From Candidatus Bathyarchaeota archaeon (GTDB lineage: Archaea; Thermoproteota; Bathyarchaeia; Bathyarchaeales; DTEX01): a stretch of DNA of 64,000 bases. Positions within the stretch are counted from its first letter, which is position 1. Each line of letters opens with the position of its first letter. Where the stretch lies: positions 8,595-72,594 of the forward strand of contig JAGTRI010000004.1 of assembly GCA_018397065.1 (NCBI GenBank). The letters run 5' to 3'. The position numbers were made by a program, and so were the translations under genes. The notes under the pieces were generated by a model, which worked only from the letters and a program-made list of their open reading frames with translations, had not been told where the DNA came from and did no database searches. Positions 47,723-57,520 of the stretch are shown in pieces.

Positions 47723-49801
47723 CTACTTTCTTGCCTCCCTTGAAGGGCATTCAGGTCGAACACAGAAAACCAAAGGTCGTTTGCCCTTTGCTCGAAACTG
47801 AACCATGGGCCATCCACAGAAATCGCAATTTTTTCCAGCCGACTTAATAGTGCCAGTCTGAGGAAGAGGGAATGAAGTCTTGCATTTTCCAATAAAGAAA
47901 TTTGAGCAGCCCAAAAAGCGTTTACCTGTTTTTTTAGAGTAAAGAACAATGAGCTTCCCAGTTCCGCACTGCAAGCAACCGCCTATAACCCTTCGCTGCA
48001 TTTGGGCGTTTTTGGCAGCCTCTGAAAGCTCTTGACCTAATATTTCTTGCTCTTTCTTCATCTCGGTTAAAACTGGTTCTAACCTTGACTTGGCCTTTTC
48101 AAGGATCTCTTCAGTGGTTCTTATGCCCTTCTGGATTTCCTCCATGTTGTCTTCAAGTTCTTTCGTAAAGCTAATTGAGATTACTTCTGGGCAGTGTCTT
48201 TCCAGAATATCGATTACGTCAAGCCCTAGTTCTGAAACAGTTGCTCTTTCACCGGTTACGTATCCTCGGCTGTAAAGAGTGTCAATTATGCCTGCTCTTG
48301 TTGCCTTTGTTCCGATTCCCTCGTCTTCCATCTTCTTAAGTAGACTGCTTGGGTTGTATCTAGGCGGAGGCTTAGTAAACCTGTCTTCAACAGAAATCTC
48401 TCTAAACGTGATTTCCTGCCCTTTCTCCAAATGTGGAAGCAAAACCTCCTCTAACTGAATGAAGGGCCTGTAGAAAACCATCCATCCTTCCTCCAAGACT
48501 TGCTTGCCATACAAAAAGAACTTGTGACCGTCAATCGATATTGTTGCCTTTGCGCTTTGCTTCAAAGCAGGCTTGCCAAACACAGCCATGAACCTTCTCA
48601 CAATCAAGTCCCAAAGTTTCCTTTCAGGTTCACCAAGCGCTTTGCCTGGTAGGTTGCCTGTTGGATATATCGAAGGGTGCGCTGGATCGTCCTTTTTTCC
48701 TTCATTTGGAACAAGTTTTTGTTCGCCTAAGAGCTGTTCGGCTAAGCCTTTGTATTTCAAGTCTTGGCTAAGCGATTCGAGGATTGCTCGGCTGTTAATT
48801 GAAGGCGGAATTTTTTGGCTAGAAGTCCGTGGATAAGATATCAAGGCTTCGAGGTACAACCTTTCAGCGATGTCAGAGGTTCGTTTAGGCGTGTATTTAA
48901 AAAAGCTGTAAGCTTCAGCTTGTAAGGCGCCAAGGTCGAAGGGCACTGGAGGATTCTGACGGAACTTCTTGACCTCCACATCTGTAATTGTTCCCTTTTT
49001 TCCCTTACAGGCGTTTAAGACGGCTTCAGCCTCGTTTCGGCTTTCTATTTTGTCTTTCTCGTACTCCACGTCGAATGTTTGCCCGTTAATCTCAACTGTG
49101 GCTTTTATTGCCCAAAAAGGAATAGGGACAAAGGTGTTAATCGTTTTCTCTCTATCCACAAGGAACTTCAGCGTTGGACCTTGCACTCTGCCTGTGCTTA
49201 AAGTAAGGTATTTGCCGCTCCACTTTTTTGCAGCGACCGTCATAGCTCTGGAAAGGTTGATGCCGTACATGGCATCAAGGAAGTGGCGGCACACCCCAGC
49301 TTCAACAATTGGGAACTCGATGTGTTCAATGATCTCAGCATACGATTTTTTCAGTTCATCTGTCGTAAGCGTTGAGAACTTCATTCTTTTTGCTTCTTTG
49401 TCCTTTTCTCCACAAGCATATTTGAGGATGGTGTAGCCTAACGTTGCTCCTTCAATGTCGTAATCAGTTGCGAGAATGAACTCGTCAGCGTCTTTAGATA
49501 GAGTTGAAATAACCTCAATCCACGTTCTTGTGTCTTTAGCGTCTCTTTCAGCTACGTATCTTGGAACCCATTCAAACTCGAAAACTGGATAAACATTGCG
49601 GTCAGTCACCTTCGGAGCAACTGTGTAGAGATGCCCCAACGCTGCTACAACAGTTAACCTTTTACCCGCACGGTAAGCCTCGTAATGTGGAACCCCGTTT
49701 GTTTCGTTTTTTCTAGGCTTCCCATTTTCATCTAGAGCCTTCGCAACTCGCTCAGCGGTGCTAGGCTTCTCGCACAATATTAAGACGTTCTCTTCAGCCA
49801 A
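47723..49801 (-). CDS. topA: DNA topoisomerase type IA
   Basis: CEKP, GHL, ATDYDIEG, STGRVQGP, ISYPRT (catalytic Tyr), GIGTKATR, C-terminal Zn ribbons. Confidence 0.96.
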   Translation of the reverse strand: MAEENVLILCEKPSTAERVAKALDENGKPRKNETNGVPHYEAYRAGKRLTVVAALGHLYTVAPKVTDRNVYPVFEFEWVPRYVAERDAKDTRTWIEVISTLSKDADEFILATDYDIEGATLGYTILKYACGEKDKEAKRMKFSTLTTDELKKSYAEIIEHIEFPIVEAGVCRHFLDAMYGINLSRAMTVAAKKWSGKYLTLSTGRVQGPTLKFLVDREKTINTFVPIPFWAIKATVEINGQTFDVEYEKDKIESRNEAEAVLNACKGKKGTITDVEVKKFRQNPPVPFDLGALQAEAYSFFKYTPKRTSDIAERLYLEALISYPRTSSQKIPPSINSRAILESLSQDLKYKGLAEQLLGEQKLVPNEGKKDDPAHPSIYPTGNLPGKALGEPERKLWDLIVRRFMAVFGKPALKQSAKATISIDGHKFFLYGKQVLEEGWMVFYRPFIQLEEVLLPHLEKGQEITFREISVEDRFTKPPPRYNPSSLLKKMEDEGIGTKATRAGIIDTLYSRGYVTGERATVSELGLDVIDILERHCPEVISISFTKELEDNMEEIQKGIRTTEEILEKAKSRLEPVLTEMKKEQEILGQELSEAAKNAQMQRRVIGGCLQCGTGKLIVLYSKKTGKRFLGCSNFFIGKCKTSFPLPQTGTIKSAGKNCDFCGWPMVQFRAKGKRPLVFCVRPECPSREARK

Positions 49802-49975
49802 TTAGGGTTCCTCTTAGAGTGTCTTTCTTTTAGTCCTTTTTACAGGTTTAGAGTATTGTGCACTATTTTTGAATATCGCCACCTAAGTAACGGCTGATAA
49901 GAATCTGTCGGCGTGGTCCTTATTAGGCAGAACTATATAATTTCTCCCTAATCTACCTTGAAAGAGGTTAGAGAA

Positions 49976-50185
49976 GTGCCTCAGAAGGTTAATTGTCACG
50001 AATGTGGATACGTCCTTTATCAGGGACAAGAGCTAAAATCTCCTGAGGACATCCTGCAGGCTTATGAGGGAAAATGTCCAAAATGTGGCGCCAAGCTGTC
50101 TATGGAGCCTTTGAACATAGAAATTGAAGCTGCATCAAACAAGCCTTCCTCAAAAATATTAGGGTTCACAGCAAAATCCACGTAA
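49976..50185 (+). CDS. Small Zn-ribbon protein
   Basis: CHECG...CPKCG; probable GTG start at 49976. Confidence 0.75.
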   Translation: MPQKVNCHECGYVLYQGQELKSPEDILQAYEGKCPKCGAKLSMEPLNIEIEAASNKPSSKILGFTAKST

Positions 50186-50287
50186 AATCTTTTCCCAGCT
50201 CCACTTCTTTTTTGATGGCAACTAAGGTTTATTAGGGCTTCAAGAAAACCTATTGTTTAGCAAAAAGACTCCAGAGCAGAGTGGAAA

Positions 50288-50794
50288 ATGTCAGAGTCAG
50301 TTACGATTTCAGTAAAGATACCGAAGGAGGTTTATGACGAGCTAGTCTTGCGTTGGCCAGAGGGAGAAAGAAGCAACCTAATCCGCGAAGCCATAATCGA
50401 GAAACTACAGAAAACTCCACGCCCAGACAAAATTCTCGAGTTGGAAACCAAGATACAAAAAATTGAAAACGACATCGCAATAATAAAGAAGAGTCTCGCA
50501 GACCTCGAAGTTCTCACCTACGAAAGGGGAAAAGTAAACCCTCACGTTTTCTGCGTTGACAAAATCGACCACTCAATCGTGGACCATCTAATCCATTACA
50601 ACGGGGCTACAACACCAGAACTCGCCGAAGCCTTGAAACTCAACAGGTGGTTGATCCTCAACAGACTGAAACGAATAATGGGCCGATCAAAGAAAGAACT
50701 TGGAAAACCAATAATCGAATACTTCGGCGGAGAAAAAGCAGGCAAAAGAAAAGCATGGTGGCTCAACGAAGAACTAACAGAAACAACACCATAA
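50288..50794 (+). CDS. RHH plus coiled-coil plus HTH DNA-binding protein
   Basis: VTISVKIPKEVYDEL...RSNLIREAI RHH; GATTPELAEALKLNRWLILNRL HTH. Confidence 0.75.
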   Translation: MSESVTISVKIPKEVYDELVLRWPEGERSNLIREAIIEKLQKTPRPDKILELETKIQKIENDIAIIKKSLADLEVLTYERGKVNPHVFCVDKIDHSIVDHLIHYNGATTPELAEALKLNRWLILNRLKRIMGRSKKELGKPIIEYFGGEKAGKRKAWWLNEELTETTP

Positions 50795-50822
50795 CCTCCG
50801 AAAAAGCACAAACATCAAAAAA

Positions 50823-50920
50823 GGGCCCGTGGCCCAGCCAGGATAAAGGCGCCGAGCCAAAAAAGCACGCAAGCCTCCGGAGCCGGAGATCCCTGGGTTC
50901 AAATCCCAGCGGGCCCGCCA
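50823..50920 (+). tRNA. tRNA-Arg(CCG) with an 18-nt intron (50855-50872) at position 29/30; CCA encoded
   Basis: Acceptor stem GGGCCCG/CGGGCCC; T-arm CTGGG-TTCAAAT-CCCAG. Removing AGCCAAAAAAGCACGCAA restores the CCGGC/GCCGG stem around the loop CTCCGGA. Confidence 0.92.
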
Positions 50921-50943
50921 TTTTTTTCGGTTACAATTTTTTT
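50921..50943 (+). terminator. Oligo-T terminator after tRNA-Arg
   Basis: T7 run directly after CCA and a second T7 run downstream. Confidence 0.55.
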
Positions 50944-50991
50944 GTGACTTGAAAAGTTTCAATTTGTGAATTATGAAGGTTCATCTGTATT

Positions 50992-51570
50992 TTATGGCGA
51001 AGCTAGTTTTTTTAGGTCTTCAACTCCTTCCGCGTAGCCGGAGGCAATCAAGATGTCTCCTTGTTCTATTATAGTGTCAGGTTTTGGCCTAATGCACTTT
51101 TCTCCTCTGCGGATAGCTAGGACCCACATGCCTGTTTCTTCTGGAATTTGGGCTTCTCTGAGGGTCTTGTTTGCGAGTTTGGATTTCTTTGTAACGCGTA
51201 CTTGTGTAATTGTTTCGTCCGCTTCTTTAATTATAAGTTTTAGAACTGGATGCGGTTCGAGTCCTCTTAGTATGACTTCAGATATTTGTGCAGCGGAGTC
51301 CGCGATTTTTTCAGCTGCAACTCCCAGTCTAATTAGGCCTAATAAGCCTTTTGCCTCCTCGTTTGTAAATTTGCTTGTTAAAACGCGCAGTTCGAAGTCT
51401 GTATGCAGCCTGTCAACGTACTCTTCCAGCCTCTGAACCTCTTCAGCTAGCTCCGTACTGTTCAATAGAATTGACGAGTAAGCCAAGTCCATCATTAATT
51501 CCGAAGTGTTTTTAAGTTCAGCTAATTGTTCAACGATTTTTTTGAATTCCTCTGGATATTGTTGAGGCAC
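50992..51570 (-). CDS. PhoU-like plus TrkA-C (RCK_C) domain protein
   Basis: LKNTSELMMDLAYS...AEKIADSA, then TGMWVLAIRRG...GDILIASG. Confidence 0.88.
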   Translation of the reverse strand: MPQQYPEEFKKIVEQLAELKNTSELMMDLAYSSILLNSTELAEEVQRLEEYVDRLHTDFELRVLTSKFTNEEAKGLLGLIRLGVAAEKIADSAAQISEVILRGLEPHPVLKLIIKEADETITQVRVTKKSKLANKTLREAQIPEETGMWVLAIRRGEKCIRPKPDTIIEQGDILIASGYAEGVEDLKKLASP

Positions 51571-51571
51571 T

Positions 51572-52198
51572 TTACTTCACCCCACCATTTTGGCCTTTCT
51601 CTGTGATCTCTTTAAACCGTTTTGTGCCCAGGGACGATCCCCTGACTATGAGTATGTCGTTTTCTTTGATAACTTCATAATCTTCTGGATTGATTATCCA
51701 GTCTTTGTTTCTTCCAATAGCGAGGATGTCGACACCCATCTTCGCTGCTAGATCCAGCTCACGAATCCTTTTTCCAATAATCAATGAATCTTTTGTCACT
51801 TTAGCCCGTATCAATCGTTCTTCAACATTTTCGAAAATTTCGGTCACTATCGGATGCACGCCAATGTTTTGTACAACTATTGCTGCAATGTCTGCTGCTG
51901 CATCAGAAATCTTGTCCGCAGCTGACCCGATTCTTGATACTGCTAGTAAATCTTCAGCATCATCTGGGTTTCTGGCTGCGACCATGATGTGTATTTCAAG
52001 GAGCAGCGCTAAACGGTCAATTCTTTTTTCAAGTTCAATTACGTCTTCAGCGAGTTCTTTGTCGTTGAATAATGCGGCGGAATATGCCAGGTCAATCATT
52101 AACTCAGAAAGATTCTTCATTTCTAAAACTATTTCCCTAATGGATACTGGTTGGTATTCTATTTTTTCCAGATTATGCATATCCGGCTTGTGCTCCAT
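51572..52198 (-). CDS. PhoU-like plus TrkA-C (RCK_C) domain protein (paralogue)
   Basis: MKNLSELMIDLAYSA...DKISDAAADIA, then MGVDILAIGR. Confidence 0.88.
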   Translation of the reverse strand: MEHKPDMHNLEKIEYQPVSIREIVLEMKNLSELMIDLAYSAALFNDKELAEDVIELEKRIDRLALLLEIHIMVAARNPDDAEDLLAVSRIGSAADKISDAAADIAAIVVQNIGVHPIVTEIFENVEERLIRAKVTKDSLIIGKRIRELDLAAKMGVDILAIGRNKDWIINPEDYEVIKENDILIVRGSSLGTKRFKEITEKGQNGGVK

Positions 52199-52240
52199 TT
52201 ATCATAATTATCCATGTTATATTTTAATTAAGCTATCATT

Positions 52241-53446
52241 TCATCCTGCTAATAATAGTACGATGAAAAGTGCAACTGAAGTGATTGTGTCTGCAAGAGA
52301 ACTTTCAATTGGAACCACGAAATTGTCGGGATCTAAGCCCCTTTTGTAAGTTATAACTGATATCGTTAAGGAGACGATAGATATCGCAATGACGGCTATA
52401 ATATTTGAGGCTAACAATATGTACGAAAAACGTAAAAACATGTCTAAAGTTAACATATTATTTATGATAAGCGAAAGAGCGGAAAAAAACATGAACATAA
52501 TAGCTGAGGATATCCATGCTCCAAGTATCTGCGGCGCATGATGTTTCATAAATTTAAAGGATGACCCAATAAGACCTAAGGCAATTTTTGTTGTTGCTGT
52601 GGAGCCAATGACTGAGCCAACATCTCCTATTGTGTCAATCAGAGCGGGATAGACTGTATAGATTTCTTTGCGTCCTTCAACGATCTCGTTTATTCTGTTT
52701 AAAATTGTACCAGTAATGTTAACAATGAAAGCCACAAGAAAAATGGTGAGAAGAGACTCCTTTATGGTTTTACTAAATTCTCTATCATGTACATTTCGAG
52801 CCAAAATCCATAACACCAAAATGATTTGGAAAATCCCAATAGCAAGCACAACTTCCTTTCCAGTTTGATCATATAGAAAAAAGAGGTTAAGAACTAAGAC
52901 ATAGCATGTTGTTATTCCTAAATCTGCTACTGTTGACATTATTGGGTAAACCAGAATGTCAGGGTCTAAACCTTTCTTGAAGGTGACAAATGCCACAATT
53001 GTAGAAACAAGTGTAAATGCCAACCCCATACTCATAGTTGCCAAAACAACAGTAACAATATCATAAAAATCTGAAAAATTAATTCCCCAAAATTGGTTAC
53101 CGAAGATGATGGAAACCATGCTTATTGTCAAGCTTGTTATAAGAGTCAACGCAATTATAGCTTGATATAGTTTATAGAAGCTTTTAGTGTTTCCAAATAA
53201 TTTGGGATAAATGGTGCCAATATGCAGTGCTGTGCTTAATCGCCCGCTTAGAAGACCCCCTATCATACCTTTTGCGCTTAGGACAGCTGGATAAATGGCA
53301 ATTATCCACGGAGAAAACTGCATAATGCTGAGTTGAGAAGCAACTATGGCGCCGGCAAAAATCCCACCGACATCAAAAAAGTAGGCGAATAAGGATTCCC
53401 TCAAAGTTTTAGTAAATGATTTAAATTGGTCATTAACTGGCGCCAA
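52241..53446 (-). CDS. MgtE/SLC41-type divalent cation transporter (duplicated membrane domain)
   Basis: Two GLDPD motifs (GLDPDILVYPIMSTVAD and GLDPDNFVVPIESSLAD), RLSTALHIG; AGGAGG RBS. Confidence 0.9.
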   Translation of the reverse strand: MAPVNDQFKSFTKTLRESLFAYFFDVGGIFAGAIVASQLSIMQFSPWIIAIYPAVLSAKGMIGGLLSGRLSTALHIGTIYPKLFGNTKSFYKLYQAIIALTLITSLTISMVSIIFGNQFWGINFSDFYDIVTVVLATMSMGLAFTLVSTIVAFVTFKKGLDPDILVYPIMSTVADLGITTCYVLVLNLFFLYDQTGKEVVLAIGIFQIILVLWILARNVHDREFSKTIKESLLTIFLVAFIVNITGTILNRINEIVEGRKEIYTVYPALIDTIGDVGSVIGSTATTKIALGLIGSSFKFMKHHAPQILGAWISSAIMFMFFSALSLIINNMLTLDMFLRFSYILLASNIIAVIAISIVSLTISVITYKRGLDPDNFVVPIESSLADTITSVALFIVLLLAG

Positions 53447-54143
53447 CGGAAAAGCCTCCTAACGGGGTAATCTTAAGAATCTCAATGATGAAAAATTAAA
53501 GGTGCATGTGGAATGTTGAGATTCAAGAATAAATAAACAAGAATAAACATTGAAGCATTGTTTAGTTTTAGATCTTCGGGTTGGATCTTGGCAAAAATAC
53601 GGATACATATTTTTCATAAGTTTCATTTCCATCATCTTTACAGTCCAACCCATCACGTGACATTCTGAACCTCTCAAATTAAAGCGCCGTTTAAGCACAC
53701 TACTTATTTCGCTTCAAATTTGTTTTAAACCTTAAGAAAATGTTAAGACTTCACTTAAAAGAGTTTCCAAAAACGAAATTACACACAGACAATGATATAT
53801 CCGTGTTATCCAAAAATTTTATACATAATTGAATTAGCTGAAACTTAAAATAATCTTTAATCATTTTAACAAATATCCTGTCTATTTTTCTTTTAGGTTG
53901 ATTTCAAAACCAGAAAGCATTATCGTCAAGAGCGTCCGTAAAAAATTGGCTGTACCTGGTTTGCGCTAGATGTTTAAGCCTTTGCAACGTTGTTACGTGT
54001 AAATTTCTTTTCCTGTTGTTTTGTAAAAAAGAGAATTTAACATATATTACTCTTTTAATAAAAAAATTGGAATAATGGATAAGACTCAGAAGCAACTATA
54101 GCTTTTTCTCAATCATATTCTAAAGGATTGTTGAATTTCTGAA

Positions 54144-54479
54144 TTATCTTCGTGTATTTTGCATTGGAAATCTTTTCATTATCTCTCTTAGCCTTCGTTT
54201 TGTCTCTGCTTGCATACTACTTTGAATAGGTTTTGTCGTCATTAAAGATTTGATGCTGTTCTTGGATGCACTATCTCTGTTAGAAGTGGGTTGTGATATA
54301 TCTGTAATTTTCTCGTGCATTTTCTGTAATTGAGCCCGCCTAAGTTGCGCGTTTTCCATCAGAAGAGATGTTTTTCTTTTCGGTTCTTGTACAAAATTCT
54401 GTACGTTTGTTAAGGCTGTTTTCGCACGTTTTATGTTTCTTAAGGCTTCTTTTATATCGTTTTTCTTGTAACTCAACAT
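54144..54479 (-). CDS. Hypothetical basic helical protein
   Basis: ATG preceded by GGGTGA RBS; co-oriented 40 bp downstream of the repeat protein. Confidence 0.6.
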   Translation of the reverse strand: MLSYKKNDIKEALRNIKRAKTALTNVQNFVQEPKRKTSLLMENAQLRRAQLQKMHEKITDISQPTSNRDSASKNSIKSLMTTKPIQSSMQAETKRRLREIMKRFPMQNTRR

Positions 54480-54519
54480 TTTTCACCCTTTGCATACTTA
54501 TTTTCTTAACTTTTCCTAA

Positions 54520-56526
54520 TCACTGTTCCATGCCTTTCAGTTCTTGTGCAGAAATCGTAGTGGTTTGTCCCTCAGGCGACTTTAAAGTAAGTGATCCGTC
54601 AGGGTTCATTGTGGCACTGCTACCGTTTGGATAATTAACCGTCGTAGTACCGTCAGGATTAGCGACACCTGAATAACCCTCAGGCGTACTAAAAGAGCCT
54701 GAACCGTCAGGATTTGCATTAATCTTTGTTCCATCCTGATCAGTATAGTCTATGGAACCATCCTGCTTTATGACGGCTGAATTCCCCTCCTTGTCTTTTA
54801 CGGTTATGTCTCCGCTGGAACTGACATCAACTGTCCGTCCGTCATTCAGCTCAAAATGGCCTTCCGTTATATTGCCTTTGCTGTCGGCGCTAATTTTTGA
54901 GCCGTCCGCGGTTTGTACAGACATTGATCCGTCATTATGTATGGTAACTGTCCCTTCATTTGGTTTAGTAGCCATACGTGTTCCATCTGGCAAAAAAGTG
55001 CATTGAGTGCCGTCTTTATCTGTTATTGATCCAGAAATGTTGCCCTTCTTGTCCACAGTCATTGATCCTCCATATGTTGATGTCACTGTCCAAGTTCCAT
55101 CCGGATTCTTAGTTGCAGTCACACCTTCCATATCTCCTCCGAAGGTTTTACTAACTGTTTCACCGTCAGGAGTAAATGTTTCCGATGATCCATCAGGATT
55201 TGAAATCGTGATTTTGCCGTCTGGGTGAGTGGTAAGACTTCTTCCATCTGGAGCCTTTATTACGCTGGTGCCGTCTGGATATGATGTTTCAACTTTCCCA
55301 TCAGGTGTATTTGTAACAACTGTTCCATCGGGATAAGTTGTCTCTAAGGTTCCATCCGGAGTATAAACCTTCTCTGTTCCATCAGGGTAAGATGTGTAGG
55401 TTGATCCGTCAGGACTCTCTGCATAGATTGTGCCATCCGTATATTTGGTCCCTACTGTGCCATCTGGTAAATTTTTAGTAATTGTGCCGTCTGAATTATA
55501 TTGGAATGTTGTTCCAGGAGGATCATTTGGGTCAGTTGAAGGTACAGGCCCTTCATAGACTGGAGGCACTTCGTAAACTGGTGCCTCTTCAGGAACCTCT
55601 GTAACCTCTTCTGGAAATTCGTCCACGATTTCTCCCGCGCCAATGCCACTTACTATGCCTGAAAATCCATTTGCAAATGAATGGTGAAGTTCTTCAAAAT
55701 CTTGACTAATGTCAATCAGCATTCTTACTGTTGGCAGATTGATGTAAATTGACATTAACCCTTCTAGTAATTGTGTTCCTGCTGCCACAGGAAAAATCAA
55801 GGCAAGAGTAAACTTTCCATAGGACGGTGTAGCAGGTGTGCCCTTACTCAATCGATTGTGCAAAAGGTTATGCAGTATAACCAAGACTACGCCAATCCAA
55901 GCTAAATAGAATCCGACTTGAAAGAAGGGCATGTAGAAAAGCAGGTTTGCATTTCCGGTTGAGATCAAGTAACTTATTGTTGGAGACAATGTAAAAAGCA
56001 ACAGTCCAGCAACAGAAATGAGCGCATACTTCATCTTCTGCATTCTAAGGCTGCCCACAAACATGAGGATTATACTGACTAAAACAATCAGCGGGGCGCC
56101 TGGATAGTAGTCAGGCATTCCCCAGTATTTTCCAGAAGTAGCCATCAAATTCTGAGGTTTTAAGACTACTATGCTAAAATATTTCGGCAATGTGTCCGGA
56201 TACTCGCCCGTGGAAAGGGTGAGTCCATTACCAAAAGGTAGAAGAAGCCCAAGTATTAGGAGTGTCCTACCAACTATTGGAAGCAGAAAAGCAACAAGAG
56301 ACTGCCAAGGTTGAACTGGAATCTTCAAGCGGCCAAAAACCTTCAAAACCAGCATGCCCGCGGCCATAGCAACGACGACGCCAACTGCGCCGTCAACGAG
56401 AAAGCCTACCAGAAAACCAACAATCACTGCAACCACAGTCGGAATTCTGTTATGAAACTTTGAAGAAGACGCAGTTCCTCTAGAAAATCTTTCTTTGATA
56501 TCAGAACCAAAATTTGTTTTTTGCAT
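54520..56526 (-). CDS. Multi-pass membrane protein with an acidic/Pro linker and a long PDG beta-hairpin repeat tail
   Basis: N-terminal hydrophobic helices, EFPEEVTEVPEEAP linker, then about 330 aa of ~9-residue xPDGTxxTx repeats. Confidence 0.85.
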   Translation of the reverse strand: MQKTNFGSDIKERFSRGTASSSKFHNRIPTVVAVIVGFLVGFLVDGAVGVVVAMAAGMLVLKVFGRLKIPVQPWQSLVAFLLPIVGRTLLILGLLLPFGNGLTLSTGEYPDTLPKYFSIVVLKPQNLMATSGKYWGMPDYYPGAPLIVLVSIILMFVGSLRMQKMKYALISVAGLLLFTLSPTISYLISTGNANLLFYMPFFQVGFYLAWIGVVLVILHNLLHNRLSKGTPATPSYGKFTLALIFPVAAGTQLLEGLMSIYINLPTVRMLIDISQDFEELHHSFANGFSGIVSGIGAGEIVDEFPEEVTEVPEEAPVYEVPPVYEGPVPSTDPNDPPGTTFQYNSDGTITKNLPDGTVGTKYTDGTIYAESPDGSTYTSYPDGTEKVYTPDGTLETTYPDGTVVTNTPDGKVETSYPDGTSVIKAPDGRSLTTHPDGKITISNPDGSSETFTPDGETVSKTFGGDMEGVTATKNPDGTWTVTSTYGGSMTVDKKGNISGSITDKDGTQCTFLPDGTRMATKPNEGTVTIHNDGSMSVQTADGSKISADSKGNITEGHFELNDGRTVDVSSSGDITVKDKEGNSAVIKQDGSIDYTDQDGTKINANPDGSGSFSTPEGYSGVANPDGTTTVNYPNGSSATMNPDGSLTLKSPEGQTTTISAQELKGMEQ

Positions 56527-56915
56527 AATATAACATTGGGTAAATAATATTTATAGCTTATTGACCAGATATTTTATAAATTCATGCGGTATCGACCAAC
56601 ATTTTCCTTGACATCCTGATTTTTGTCTAACAATTGATACTAGCGAGATGTTTCTTTGAGATGAGAGAAAATCAAAATTTTGAACACACTGAAAAACCAT
56701 TATGAATAGCGCTATCTAAGGTTAGCTTGAAGAAAAGTTGAAGCTGCCGCACGATTTTTATGAAACGACTAAATTATGTCGATGGTGCTTATTGTTAAAA
56801 ATTTTGTTTACATTTCCAGAAAGTTTTTAAATATCTCTTGTTTAGCATTAACGATAAATATCTTAGTTGTTGTCAATACAAAAACATATTTGTTGGCTGC
56901 GGAAGGTGTAAAGCA

Positions 56916-57506
56916 ACGTTTAACATAGTTACCTTAACAGATTCAGTTCGGATACCTCCAGACAAATTTGGAGGGCCATTAGAAAACGTAGCGAAAGAAC
57001 AGCTTAAAATCAAGTATGAAGGAATCATAGACGAAGAACTGGGCTATGTAATTGCTGTGACCAGCATTGAAGTGTCCCCGATTGGAAAAATAATCCCAGG
57101 CGACGGAGCCACGTATCACAAGGTGACTTTTTCGCTTCTAACGTTCTATCCGAAGATACAAGAGATTGTAGAAGGAGAAGTAGTTGAAGTCGCGGATTTC
57201 GGCGCATTTGTTAGGGTTGGACCTGTAGATGCATTGATACATGTTTCGCAGATAATGGACGACTTTATTTCTTACGATGACAGACAGGGAGTCCTCATGG
57301 GTAAGGAGACAAAACGGAAAATTTCGGTTGGAGACTTTGTACGTGTACGCACAACTGCTGTTTCCTTAGGACATGGAGGCAGCTTCGGTAAAATTGGTGT
57401 AACTGCTAGACAACCGTTCTTAGGAAAACTTGAATGGATCGAAGAAGATATAAAAGCAACGAACCCCGCAGTGGGACAAAAAACCGAATCAAAAGATAAA
57501 ACCTAA
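56916..57506 (+). CDS. rpoE1: DNA-directed RNA polymerase subunit E' (Rpo7); probable ACG start
   Basis: DSVRIPP, GKIIPGDGATY, S1 domain FGAFVRVGPVDALIHVSQI, TARQPFLGKLEWI. Recognisable similarity begins at ACG 56916. Confidence 0.95.
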   Translation, partial: TFNIVTLTDSVRIPPDKFGGPLENVAKEQLKIKYEGIIDEELGYVIAVTSIEVSPIGKIIPGDGATYHKVTFSLLTFYPKIQEIVEGEVVEVADFGAFVRVGPVDALIHVSQIMDDFISYDDRQGVLMGKETKRKISVGDFVRVRTTAVSLGHGGSFGKIGVTARQPFLGKLEWIEEDIKATNPAVGQKTESKDKT

Positions 57507-57520
57507 TTGGGGCAACATGT

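Noticed and set aside
51690-52349. Long antisense ORFs (51690-52349, 34177-34647, 48969-49436, 11471-11920 and others)
   Set aside because: Shadow frames opposite well-supported genes, Ser/Ile/Phe-rich and without motifs.
53459-54095. ORFs 53459-53698 and 53904-54095 in the AT-rich gap
   Set aside because: No RBS, motifs or plausible composition; cannot be told apart from random or decayed sequence.
54600-55520. PDG repeats as a nucleotide tandem repeat or DGR variable region
   Set aside because: The repeats are conserved only at protein level with diverged codons; no template/variable repeat pair or reverse transcriptase is present.
50921-56830. Integrated element at the tRNA-Arg 3' end
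   Set aside because: No integrase and no duplicated tRNA 3' end (att site) found downstream; the adjacent genes are ordinary transport genes.
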